Source: Takakia lepidozioides (Eukaryota; Plantae; Bryophyta). Taken from it: 64,000 nucleotides of DNA. The stretch lies in assembly GCA_030704615.1 (NCBI GenBank), contig CM060732.1, positions 65,844,001-65,908,000 on the forward strand. The letters are read 5' to 3'. Made by a program: the position numbers and the translations under genes. The notes under the pieces are model-generated. The model had not been told where the DNA came from, did not search any database, and saw only the letters and a list, made by a program, of their open reading frames with translations. This document shows, in pieces, positions 51,849-64,000 of this stretch; position 1 is the first letter of the stretch, and each line of letters starts with the position of its first letter.

Positions 51849-53705
51849 GGACATGTATGTCAAATGTGGGTGCATCGAGGATGCAAATGGAGTGTTTGAC
51901 AGTATAGCTGAACGTGATGTGGTGTCGTGGAGTGTGATGATTGCAAGATATGCACAGCAAGGGTGCGGGATGGAGGCTTTGGAGACCTATGAGCAAATGA
52001 TGTGCGAAGGGGTGAAAACCAACCACATCACATTTGTTTGTGTTTGCAATGCGTGTGCAAGCCTGGGAGCTCTGGGAAAGGGGAAAGAGGTCCATGGTGA
52101 CATCGTCAAAGCTGGAATTGTACCAGATGTCATCCTGAACACTGGGCGTGGGATGGAGGCTAGAGAGCTATGAGCAAATGATGTGCGAAGGGGTGAAGCC
52201 CAACCACATAACGTTTGTTTGCTTTTGCAATGCGTGTGCAAGCCTGGCTGCCCTGGAAAAAGGGAAAGAGGTCCATGGTGACATCGTCAAAGCTGGAATT
52301 GTACCAGATGTCATCCTGAACACTGGCCTGGTGGACATGTATGCCAAATGTGGGTGCATTAAGGATGCGAGGGGAGTTAATTTCAACACTATCGCTGAAC
52401 GAGATGTGGTGTCGTGGAAAGCGATGCTTGCAGGGGTATGCACAGCAGGGGCGTGGGATGGAGGCTTTGGAGACCTATGAGCAAATGATGGGGGAAGGGG
52501 TGAAGCCCAACCACATCACATTTTGTGTGCGTTTGCAGTGTGTGTGCAAGCTTGGCAGCCCTGGAAAAGGGCAAAGAAGTACATGGTTGCATCGCCAAAG
52601 CTGGAATTGTACCAGATGTGATTATGAACAATACCCTCGTGGACATATATGCCAAATGTGGGAGCATTGAGGATGCGGAGGGAGTGTTCAACAGTATGGC
52701 TGAACGAGATTTGGTGTCATGGAATACCATGTTTGCAGGATATGCACAGCAGGGGCGCGGGATGGAGGCCTTGGAGACCTATGAGCAAATGATGGGGGAA
52801 GGGGTGAAGTGCAACCACATCACATTTGTGTGCGTTTGCAATGCTTGTGCAAAGAGTGCATGGTGACATCATCAAAGGTAGAATTGTACCAAATGTCATT
52901 CTGGGCACTGCCCTGGTGGACATGTATGCGAAATGTTGGTGCATTGAGGATGCAAAGGGAGTATTTGATAATGTGGCTGGCTTGAAGCCGGACAATATCA
53001 CCTTTATATGTGTTCTCTCTGCATGCAGCCACACTGGCCTACTGAATGAAGGAAGACGCTACTTCGATTCCCTGAGTCAAGATCATGGTGTCACCCCGCC
53101 AGTAAAGCACTTTGGCTATGGTGGACCTTCTGGACGTGCGGGACAACTACATGAGGCAGTGGATCTGATTAATAAAATGCCAGATGTTGTGGTGTGGAAG
53201 GCCTTGCTTGGTGCCTGCAGAATCCATGGCAATGTGGAGATGGCTGAATATGTGGCAACATCTATCCTCAAGTGGGATGAACAGGATGCCGCGACTTATG
53301 TATTGCTATATCAAACATCTATGTTGCAGCTGGCAGGTGGGATGATACTGCAAAGGTGAGAAGAATGATGAAGGTCAGAGGGGTTAGAAAGGAGCCAGAT
53401 GACAAGTTGCATCCCAAAATTAAGGAAATCCATGCTGAACTGAGAAGATTGTCTGGGCAGATGAAGGAGGCGGGGTATGTGCCTGACACACGTTTTTTAT
53501 TGCATGATGTGGAGGAAGCTGAGAAGCTAGCCATTGGTTTTGGGCTGATCAACACGACTCATCAAGAATCTTCGAGTGTGTGGAGACTGCCACATCTCCA
53601 CCAAATTCAGCTCAAAGATTGTTGGCCGAGCAATTGTTGTATGGGACGCTAACTACTTTCCACCACTTTGAAGATGGGATTTGTTCTTGTGGTGATTATT
53701 GATGA
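51849..53705 (+). pseudogene. PLS-PPR-E-DYW pseudogene (C-to-U editing factor type)
   Basis: PPR motifs, [72 protein letters not shown] ; frameshifts; HS of HSE motif deleted. Confidence 0.92.
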
Positions 53706-53819
53706 AAGGATGTTTTCTTGGAAAGATGCTAGTGTCTGGTGACAGTGGATGGAATTCAGAGTGCCGTCCTAATTCTGTGTTTGGGTGGTGGAGCTTCTCC
53801 AAAGCTTGAAGATGGCAGT

Positions 53820-54888
53820 GAATACGAATTTTAATCCCTAAACGCCAGCTGGCCCAAAACGGGCCATTTTCTGGGCTCAAACAGGTCTGCCAGTCGCAGA
53901 TTTCGGTCGATTTTGATTTTTTTTGTTGGGTGCACTGCGTGTCGACGGCAGGATGGTCCATGCGAGAGCAATTGCCCAGATCAGGATGGACCAGGATGGA
54001 CGGTAGAAATCTAGGGCTTTTCTTGGGGTGATTCTGATTGCGCCTGCTCCCGCCTCTTTGTTTTCCTGTGCATAGCTCACAAAAGAGTATCTCATACCCC
54101 CTGCACTTTGACCAAGTCCCTGCTCTTGCCATGGGCTCCAATTCTGGTGATTTTGGGCTTGTTGGAACAAGGGGGACGTGGGGAACACCTTCTGGGGTAC
54201 AGCAGGCTGAGCCAATGCCATTTCGACATGCAAAATCTTGCAAATCTCCATTTTTTATTTTGTTTTTGCAAAAAATCCCAAAAATGGGTCCCACTCGCAA
54301 CGGTGGGGTTTTCGCAGCATTTGTCTGATTGGCTCGAAATTTGGGCAGGACCTGCCAGGGGTAGGTGGCAACATGTTGTCCGGTCGTTTTTTGCAGATGC
54401 ACTTTTCTCAAAAAATTACGCTCGTATTTCTGGCCGGGGGTCAATTTTTAGGGAAAAGTCAACGGAGGCCTGCGGGCGTTTACGAGTTAATGAGCTTGAT
54501 GAGAGGGCAGCCCTGTGCACAAGTTTGTTCAGCATCTTAAATTTGGACATGTTTGTTTGTTTGTCGTGTGGCTTTGGATGGAGCCCTTGACGAACTTGCA
54601 TGAATATTGTCAAAAGCTAGCCTTAACCCACCAAGATCCAATCCCATGGTGGATGCTTGAAAGTTCATATAGTGAATGTAAGGGTATTTGGGTATGTTGT
54701 TATTGATTGATGTGGCTTGTGAAAATTGAACATTGACATGCAGATCCACCATTTTTCTTCCAGAAAAAAACAAAACACGGGATCTCTGCATGTAACACCG
54801 TGGGGATGACCCACCCTTTTTTTGTGAAAAATTGAACGTAGTTCTCAGAATTCGTCACTAGTAGTGCGGAGCAACGCGAAGCCCTAGT
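53820..54888 (+). mobile_element. Repeat-like non-coding segment, possibly a Helitron-type 3' end
   Basis: No coding signal; ends gcggagcaacgcgaagccCTAGt; shares a ~30-bp segment with 49284-49314; hairpin is weak. Confidence 0.3.
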
Positions 54889-56188
54889 AATATATCATTG
54901 CAAGCTATCCTTACTATCAATCGGGTAGCTCAGTTGGTAGGGAACTGAGTGCCACAACGGTGGTTGTGGGTTCCACCTCACCTGCTGTCTTTGGAGTGTA
55001 ACTGTCCCTTCCCTTGGTGGGTCCCTTGAGCATCTGGTGAGAAAGAAAAGAAAAGAATCATGTACAATCACATTATGCATTCGAATTATCACCAATCTGC
55101 AAAAATAGTGCTGGTCTTGTATCATGTTCAGGACAACCAGACTGGTAGGATACCAAAGGTTCCACAAAATGTTCATACCAATCTGCTATACATATATTTG
55201 CAGATGTATTTTGTCTAGATACTCTGATATGAGTATCTAATATCATGATCACAATACCAGCTGGTCTCAGGATGCCAGACCATCGTATAGACATATTCAC
55301 AGACCAGACTTGGTCTGGTCTTACATACGAGTGCATATACCAATACAGTATAATTATATAGGGTAAAACATGTTGCCCGTGTAAACCTTGGTCATTAGCT
55401 AGATTGTAGAGTTATCGGTAAATTCTCAGGTCAATTCCACCCACTTGAAGGGCAATCTCGTCAGTGTCCAGCGAGGATGCGCGTTTGTATTCAATTGGGG
55501 TCCAAGTCCAAACTCAAAACACTTGCCTAGACTCATTGGCCGGTCTGAATTTGCGGATAATTCACTGAGAGTAAGAAGCCCAGTCTCTGCTTTATAGCAC
55601 CTCTGCCCACTTTCTCTGAAGTCATTTTCATTTGCTTGGGCAGACTAGAAAATCCAGGGAGGTCAGAGTCATGCAATGGCCTCAAAGTAACAAAGGAGAA
55701 GAATGAGCAGAAGGAGAATAGAGGGCAGGAATGGGGAGCAGGGCAGGTGGCAGGGGCATTGATGGGGGCACCCGGAGAGCAATGAAGAGCGGGGACAGCG
55801 ACAGTGAAGGTTGAGAGGGAAGGGCGGTCCTTGGATTCTGCCAGCGAGGGGGACCCACAAAAATACAAAGCGCAAGGTTGATGGCAGCGCGCAGTCTTGT
55901 CTGTACCAGCAGGTGAGAGTGTGTCAGAGGGTCAGACCAGCTCCGACCATGCCCACCTCCATCGCACTTACTAGGTATTGCGCCGACGGAAGGCGAACAA
56001 GGCAGGCCAGAGCGGGGACGAAGGAGTTGGTTGGGCTAGGGAGCAAGGAGACCCATTTCATTCCAGCAATCTATCTTCACCACAGTGTACAATGATGATG
56101 GTGTCCTCCAGTGCCAAATGGCTGCTTATGCAGAAGAAACAGTGGTGAGTGACGGTGATGGCTGCACGGTGATGGCTGCAGGAATGTG

Positions 56189-59100
56189 ATGCTTGTGTTA
56201 GAGAAAATGGAGAGTTTCACACGCACTGTTGGGGCACTGCTGTGGCTGGTGGCGTCTTTACCTGCATTGTGCGCGATCGCTCCAGACGCCGAGCTGCTTC
56301 TGGCTTTTAAGAACGGACTCCAGAGTCCTGGCGTTCTTGCTAACTCCTGGTTAGCGAGTAATGTGGACTCTGCTGGGTGCCCCCAGCAGTGGTACGGGTT
56401 AGAGCTCACAGAACCTAATTGTCGTGTTACTGCTCTTTCTCTAACAAGTCTGTCACTTTCTGGAGAAGTGACGCCTGCTACATTGGGCGGTCTGTCGCAG
56501 CTTATGTCCCTCTCCCTGTCTAATAATCTTATCAATGGTTCGCTGCCAAATGACCTGGGAACCCTGACGCTGCTTCAAAACATGGACTTTGCTCATAATT
56601 TTTTGGAAGGACCTATCCCTGATAGTTTTGGGGCCCTTCAAAGCCTGGTTAACATTTCGCTAGCTGGCAATGCCCTTTCGGGCAGCATCGCACCCGTTCT
56701 AGAGCTCCAGCAGCTGGAGTCGCTGAATCTCTCCGCAAATGCACTCACGGGTACCCTACAGTTCAACAGTACTCTCGTGCAAACCGCCAAATTGAAGGGG
56801 CTCGACCTCAGCAACAATCAGCTTGCAGGCGCGATCACGCCCTTGCTCGCCAGCTTGCCCTTTCTTTCTCTTTTGAACCTCTCCTCTAATTCCTTCTCCG
56901 GAATAATTCCTCCTGAACTTGGGCGATGCAGTTCACTGATCTCACTTGACCTTAGTAGGAATAAGCTATCAGGTCCCACACCCACCATGGACCTCATGGA
57001 GGCGCTAGCGACGCTCAGACTTAGTGATAATGCACTCATCGGCTTTGTTCCTCAGCAACTGCTAGACGACCGAGCACCGCTTCTGCAAGAGCTGGACTTG
57101 ACCAGGAACAGCCTTTCCGGTATTGCTCTCTATTTTCTTGTGTACCCAAGGAAGAGCTGGTGGTTTTTGATGTGTCGCTAGTGTCTCAAGTTGCAGTTTT
57201 GAAATTTGTCTACTTCTATGTACTTCGAGGGTTTGTTTGTGGCTGCCCTTGGAGGGTTGGCGGAAATAGGGACGAAAGGATGGGTTTGTAAAGTTGTAGT
57301 CACAAGCCTTGCAGATGTATACTGGTCTGTCAGGTTCTGCTGAATGAAAATTTTAAACTGGTTCTAAAATTGGAGTGAAACCGAATGTCAACTTTGTGAA
57401 TCAACTCGGTTTGTGTTCTTGCTCTCATGTTGGGTCCACGAGTTTACATATAGATGATGGGTGCAATGATGGGATGGGTTCTTGTTGTGGGCTATGGAGG
57501 GTGCAGGCATGTTGGGACAAATAACCTCAAGCACACTGAAAATAGTAAAGCTAGCTTCGAATAGGCTGGAGGGTCCACTCCCAGCTAAGCTAGGGTCATG
57601 TGTGGCGGTAGACCTCAGTAGTAACCTTTTTTCTGGTAACATTCCGTTGGGAGGCTGGACCTCTAATTTAGAAATGCTGAACCTTAGTAACAATTCCCTC
57701 ACAGGCCTTCTTGACCCCGAAGCTTTCAAGCAGCTCTTTAGATTAACATCTCTTGATGTTAGCTTCAATCAGCTGGTGGGATCAATTCCCTCCAAGCTTT
57801 TCACATCCCAATCTGTGACACAGCTAGTCTTGTCAAACAATGGTTTCACTGGATCTCTTCTTTCCTTGCCATCTCAGATGATGGCACCTCTTCAGATATT
57901 AGATCTTTCTGATAATCGCTTGACAGGACAGATCCCAAGCACAATAGGGGGTTTTCCAGGGCTGCAAGTGTTGAATCTAAGTGCTAATCAGCTGTCAGGG
58001 AGCATCCCATGGCAGCTGTCGAAGCTTTCTCTCCTGCAAGTCCTGGATGTTTCCATTAACTCTCTAAGTGGCCCAGTTCCTGCGATGCTTCCAGCTGGCC
58101 TTAAATGGTTAAATGTCTCATATAACAACCTAGCTGGCACTATTCCTGCAAGGCTAGTGACACTCTTCTCAAATTCATCCTTTTATCCAGGGAACCCACA
58201 TCTTCTGTGGCCAATCACACCTGCCTTTCCAGATCCTTCAAGTCAGGGAGTGCAGGTCAGCCTGAGGAGGGGTCGGAAAAGAACAGGGTTGGCTGTGAAA
58301 GTTGGGCTGATAGGAGGGTGCACTGTCGGAGCAGCACTGGTTATAGCATGCTTACTAGTTTACTACCGGAACACCTCCAGGTCTGCAAGGAGCCCCAAGT
58401 TGGTGAATGTGTATAGGGATGGCAAACCTGACCCTGATTTCAATGCCGACAATGAGCATGGTGAGCCCCTACCCTCGGTGCAAAGGGGGGCTGCTGGAAG
58501 GAATGTCTCAGTAGCAACAGTAAAGGCTGAGGTGAAGCTGGATGGACTAGACTTGCAGAAGAGTGAGGAATCACCAGTGCGGGCCAAGTGGCAGACAGCA
58601 GCAGCAGTGTCCTCTGATGACGACTCCTCACAGTCTGCCGAACATCCCATGGTATTGAAAGTCCGTTCACCTGACCGGCTTGCGGGCGACCTTTTCTTCC
58701 TTGATGCCTCTCTTCTCTTTACAGCTGAAGAGCTCTCACGTGCCCCAGCTGAGGTGTTGGGCAGGAGCAGCCATGGCACCTCCTACAGGGCCACACTAGA
58801 TAATGGCCATGTCCTCACTGTCAAGTGGCTCCGTGAGGGCCTAGCCAAGAGTAAGAAAGACTTTACTCGTGAAGCCAAAAAATTTGGCGGTATCAAGCAT
58901 CCTAATGTGGTTTCACTGAGAGGCTATTATTGGGGGCCTCGCGAACATGAGAAGCTCCTACTGTCGGATCACATCAGCGCAGGCAGCTTGGCTGCTCACC
59001 TCTATGGTGAGTCTCCATCCCATTTCATCATGTTGTTATGTTTGTCATTCACAAATGCCATGCCTACATTTGACAAATGTCACATCCCTTTGAAGATGCA

Positions 59101-61290
59101 ATTAAACTGACATGCAGAGTATTGGAAAAGTTTGTGCTTTGTTTGACAGTAGGTTGGCATGAGTGTTGTTTAGAAATTCCCAACCTTGGGGATGGATGTG
59201 CCTCGGGGCATGGTAGTCCAGATCCAAAGCTGTTAAGACAGTTACCCTGATCACACAACCTTTAAAAGACTCTTAGGACTACTTGAAGTGCCTAGTGGAC
59301 ACTAAACAACAGCTAATACTGTTCTTCCTCCAATTTTGCTGCATGACTGTATCTAATTGCATGTCTGCTGCTCTATTTTCACAGAGTGCCAGTAAGTGCA
59401 ATCTTCCAAATTTGATTGCCTGGTGTACCATAAATGTGTTGCAGCCTAGTGTTTTGAAAATCACACGCTAGCCTTTTGATAAAGACTGCACCACAGTGGA
59501 AGGAGGTAGATATTTTGGGCCTTCTTCAGACTGGTTATCTTGCAGCCACGCACCCAGTAGGCTAGACACCCTCCCAGTTGGGTCTTACTCTTGTATGATC
59601 TATTTTGTCTTTTGGCAGCCGGCAACGTTATCTGTAGCTGGTGGCAGTCAGGGAACATTGAGAAGTAAGTTATGGAAAGAGTCCAAAATGGTCTGTGGCG
59701 ATCATAATAAGAATATTGCCAACCCTGCTGGTCTTAAGTTCGTAGCAGTGAACATATTAGTACCTTCACTGCTAGTTTAAGTGTAGACCCTGCAAGCATA
59801 TGAACTGGAGGGAGGGACATGTCCTCATTAAACTCGGTTTGTTGCAGCCTTGTGGCCATACACCTGTAACCATTTTGGGTTAAGGTGGAGAGGGGGATAT
59901 GAAGAAGGGAATTTACAGCCATCAGCAGAGCTCGCTCCAGTATTGCAACCTCCATAACCTCAATTAATCCAGAAGGGGTTCTCCTTCTATTATATTGATT
60001 ACACTTATGCCTTCAAAGTCGCCTTGTAGACCTTGTTCCCAGACTTGGAGCTGTTTAGAGGATGAGGAGATAGAAGGAGAAGCAATGATGCACAAATCCT
60101 TGCTCCAAGAACAGGACTAGCAAGCTCTTTTGATTTCCCAGGTTTTCTCGCAATCGATATTCTACCCAAAATGATGTCCACAAGTGAGACAAAGGTGTTT
60201 TTTTCTGAATGGGTAAGCTTAGAACTTAAAAGATGACACATGACAGCGAGTGACTGCGGCACGGTTTCCTACTGTGGTGGTGGTGGTGTCACATTGTGAA
60301 GCAGCCCATGGTGTGGTTGTTATCCTTGAGTGCAGGTCGTGGCTTCAGAAAACTCGGTGAGTGGCTACAGTTGTTTATAGTGGTGTATAGACTTCATGTA
60401 TCCCCCGCCTGCCATCAGATGCTTTGCAGGTGATTGGATGAAGGTGGAGGCACTCGTGCATGAATGAATGAATCGTGCTACACTAGCAGAGCTGCACTCT
60501 TCTTTTCTGGTCAATGTGACTTTCAGGTCTCCTCAGCCTGGCCAGATGAACTACATGCCTGAGTTGAGTATGTAGTTTGTATTTCTTAGGGGCTTGGTGT
60601 AGCACACCTTGGAAAAGGTCTGGAAAGCCAGATCTGGAAAGAGCAAGGCTGTCTAGAGGAGAGGGTGCACCAGTTTTAAGTACATGGCTGGGTGCAGATA
60701 CGACAGGGTGCAGGCATCAATCTTTGACTTGGGAACAGCGACTGCAAGTAGCGGTGGGTGTTGCGAGTGGGTTGGCATATTTGCATGGTAAGCAGGGGGT
60801 GGCCCATGGCAATCTTAAGGCCAGTAATGTGCTACTGCAGGGCCCACAGCTGCAGGCACGTGTAGCTGACTACTGCCTGCATCGCCTTATGACTGCTGCG
60901 GGTACTGCCAACCAGATCCTGAATGCTGGTGCACTCGGCTACCGCTCACCAGAACTGGCTAGCACACGCAAACCCAAACCGTCACTGGCAGCAGATGTCT
61001 ATGCGCTGGGTGTAATCCTGCTGGAGCTCTTGACAGGCAAAGGTGCAGGCGACATTATGTCCGCCAACTGTGGGGCAGTGGATCTGCCTGATTGGGTGCG
61101 GCTGGTGGCCAATCAAGGGAGGCCTGTGGATTGTTTTGACTCGGCCCTTGTGGGTATTCACAGAGACCAGGACCCTCCCAAAGGAATGCATGAGGTGCTC
61201 ACCATCGGGCTTTCCTGCATGGTTCCTCAAGCAGCCAGACCGAACATCCAAGTTGTGTATGAGCAGCTTGCTGCTGTCTTGCCTAGCTGA
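56189..61290 (+). CDS. LRR receptor-like kinase, LRR-III subfamily (SIRK1/GHR1-like, atypical kinase)
   Basis: Exons 56189-57119, 57507-59006, 60698-61290 in frame; signal peptide, plant LRRs, TM (VGLIGGCTVGAALVIACLLVYY), SPDRLAGDLFFLD..FTAEELSRAPAEVLGRSSHGTSY, HGNLK, ADYCLHRL, GALGYRSPE. Confidence 0.95.
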
Positions 61291-62507
61291 CCTTTTTACA
61301 AAATGCACGTATTCATCAAAAAGGGAATGTGGATGCTGGAAAAGTAAAGGACTCTGCACTTGCTCCTCGCCCTTGCATACCTAGGGGTATGCTTCTCCAC
61401 TGACTGGAGGGAGCATTGTATTTGTGCCATTGAAAAGCCAGTGTTGGCCATTGGCCCTATTCAGAGAATAATGGAACCAGGATGACACCACCGAGTTCAG
61501 CTGGAAGGGGCCAGGTTGTCTTTTTCTTGGCTGAACTGAGAAGTATCCAGAGAGCACAAGGTTGTGGGCTAGTATCTCAAGATTGTGCTCCTCTTCCCGG
61601 TGACTTCCGGTTGCAACTCTGCTTGTGGGATGGCATTTGTGGACTAGAGCTTATGACACCTGAACTGTATCAAAGGAGACATTATACCATGCCATGCTGG
61701 AAAGCCTTTCCTCATCTGAGTCTCTGGCAGCAGCTGCAAGCTTGAGAAATACTCCATAGTACTCACGACATTGTGTGGCCTCGTTGTAAATGAGATGTGT
61801 AGCTTGGGAAGAGGAGCGCACAAGGATTCAGGCCTTTTGCCTGTGTGGGGTATTGGTGATTGTTGATCCTCTCCATGGTGTGAATGGAGAAAAATGTAGT
61901 GTTAGGTAGAGTGAACTAGGTTGAACTAGCTTAGAAGTGTAGAAGTGTGCGATGCAGCAGTTTTGTCCGGCAGTTTCCCAGCTCGGGAAAACTTTGCAAT
62001 TCAAGGTTATGAAATGTACATCACTGAAGATGGATACTTCATGGAGTTAAATTTGGGAACTTTCTGAAATACAAGGGCCCATTTGCATGGAGTTCCAAAG
62101 GATTTGCAAAGGATGGGCCTTGAGATACACCAAGAAACATTTTAGCTGGAAGCAGCTGTATTGATAGGTTAGCAAGCTAGGTGTAGAATGAATCCAATGC
62201 AAATGGTTGAAGAGGGATGCTGGAATTATCTATCCGGTAGAGTATTGTGATTGTCAGGGCAAGTTGTGCACACAGGCTGAAGCTACCATGTGAACTGTCA
62301 GTCCTTGTGACAGTGTTAAAGAAAGTGGGAACTCTCCACAAGGCTGGGCTGTGGTGCTTAAGTTTTTCTGATCACCAATGTGCACTCTATCCCTCGGTGG
62401 GTAATTTGTCAAAGTGACAACATTTTTGCTACCCAATTTTGTTGCACATGTAACAATCCACATCTGATTGAAAGTATCTATGCGCATAGCCAAGCTTGCA
62501 TACAATT

Positions 62508-62605
62508 GTCATCTCTAGTACGGCTTGATGATGCAGCCACATGTAGTCTTGCCACATGTAGTCTTGTCATCTCTAGTACGGCTTGACAATGCAGCCACAT
62601 GTAGT
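62508..62605. repeat. Short tandem duplication
   Basis: gtcatctctagtacggcttga..atgcagccacatgtagt twice with an inner gccacatgtagtctt duplication. Confidence 0.8.
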
Positions 62606-62619
62606 TGAGGCAGGGCTTG

Positions 62620-64000
62620 TAGATGTTGTTAGAGACTGAGTGGCTGTGAATGCTTGTTTCAAGGGTTTTCCTCCATGTACAGGGCTCCATGATAAGTTAT
62701 TTCGATATCCTTTTGCAGCACATCAATGATGTGTGCTTCATCTTTGTCATGAACTTCAACATTTCATAGCTGGTACTTCATGGGGACAAGCACCATCCGC
62801 GGTCTCATTCCACATCCATGATGAGTGCTTCAATTGCCGTGGAACTGGAGCTGTGACACTTTCTAATCATGACCAACAAGGGAATGCCTAAAAGTGTCAC
62901 ATCCCCCAATGGTCCTTAACTTTCCTCCAAGGAGGAAAGGGATAAGGCAGTGCCTCCACCTCGAGTGTAAATCAGCTCAATTCAGACATGGCATGAAGAG
63001 AGAATACCCAGTGTATACACTGGGACAACATCGTTATTGGAGCACAGTTCATGCAGAGATGAAATGAGGAAGAGGACACAGTTGATTCTACTACTACGAT
63101 TCGAGAGCCTACTAAAAGAGGTAATTGCCCTTTCGTCCAATCAGCATGTCAAACATGTCCTCTATTTTATTTCGCTTCGAATCTCGCTCAGCACTGGCAG
63201 CATCGCTGTCACCCGGAGCACGAACTTCCGATCTTTTTCCTCTCTTCTTCCTAGTAGACCCATCAGGGCTAATTTGAACTGTGGAAGCACCCCTCTTTTC
63301 TGTCGTGCTATTGATATCTAAACCAACATGACTTGCAGCTTCCTTAGCAGTGTGACGCTCCCTATTGGGGTAACCAGTTGTAACAGAAGCCACGCCTCGA
63401 GTCATTGCTGTGCTTGCAACCACCATCTCACTAGTATTCTTTGCATCCTGCTCAACACTTTCAGCATCTGCAACCCTTACAACCTTTGGATTCCTATCTT
63501 GCCTTTGCCCCCTAGAAACACTTTTTCCTGGGGGGACAGCTCTCTGTGCAGTTGGACTAGTATGTTTATATTTGCTTCCAAGATGGCCACCAAGAGTTGC
63601 ACCTGCAGAGCCAGGAGACTGTACCATGGGGGGACTAACTGGGGTGCATGCTATGGATGCCGTCGAGGCACTACTAGTTGCCATTTTGCTACTGTTGTTG
63701 GGGTCCTCTTCGGCACTTGCCTGCTGCACAACCCCCAGATCCCTTACCCCCAATTGGCCACCTTGCAGTAGCCCAATACAGGCACTGTCACATAAGGGTA
63801 CTTGAGCGGGCAAACCACTTTGTTCTTGTCTGCTCCCAAGATTAGTATATGGTCCACCAACAGGGGGAGGCTCTACCATGGGCAGACCAACATCTGCCAC
63901 ATGATCCGTTGGGTCTCTCTCAGCGTCCACAGCCTCCACGCTATCAAAACAACTACCCCCAAGTTTGCTACCTTGTGCTTCTTTGAACTCCAGAAACTTT
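62620..64000 (-). mobile_element. Probable decayed LINE: low-complexity ORF1 tail plus endonuclease-like remnants; continues beyond the window
   Basis: 275-aa S/A/P/K-rich ORF 63112-63939 ending in basic RKKRGKR segment, followed by degenerate SSRINCVLF...TGYSL text; no decisive motif. Confidence 0.4.

Noticed and set aside
53653-54590. 263-aa minus-strand ORF and overlapping ORFs
   Set aside because: No recognisable domain; spans repeat-like DNA and the antisense of the DYW end
54857-54866. CACTAGTAGTG as the missing right CACTA terminus
   Set aside because: Adjacent bases do not match the left TIRs and subterminal GCGACG repeats are absent

Overview
Nuclear DNA of a land plant, probably a non-seed lineage rich in RNA-editing PPR genes (inferred from gene and TE content). 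Intact intron-containing genes: the 3' half of a diterpene synthase, a PLS-class PPR gene, an orphan ORF, a CAAX-protease-like (CPBP) gene, an RCC1-repeat gene, a METTL4-like MT-A70 methyltransferase, WDR83/MORG1 and an LRR-III receptor-like kinase. They are interspersed with decayed TEs (CRE-like non-LTR, CACTA, a GCM/SWIM-type DNA element, LINE remnants) and a ~21 kb PPR pseudogene graveyard (32.5-53.7 kb). Two candidate undescribed systems stand out. (1) The PPR gene at 10.9-14.5 kb splices a transit-peptide-like exon and an OSB-type PDF motif (the ssDNA-binding module of organellar OSB proteins) in frame onto a 23-repeat PLS array followed by a decayed E/DYW deaminase tail; several decayed PDF+PPR(-DYW) paralogues occur further right. 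(2) A decayed two-gene DNA element at 37-43.8 kb carries a ParB/Srx-like (DGNHR) gene whose single large intron holds 13 copies of a 26-bp palindrome, divergently paired with a GCM-zinc-finger/SWIM transposase-like gene. Host-gene fragments (B3 domain, SEC13) are also captured in the TE region. All family assignments are by motif recognition; no database searches were run.
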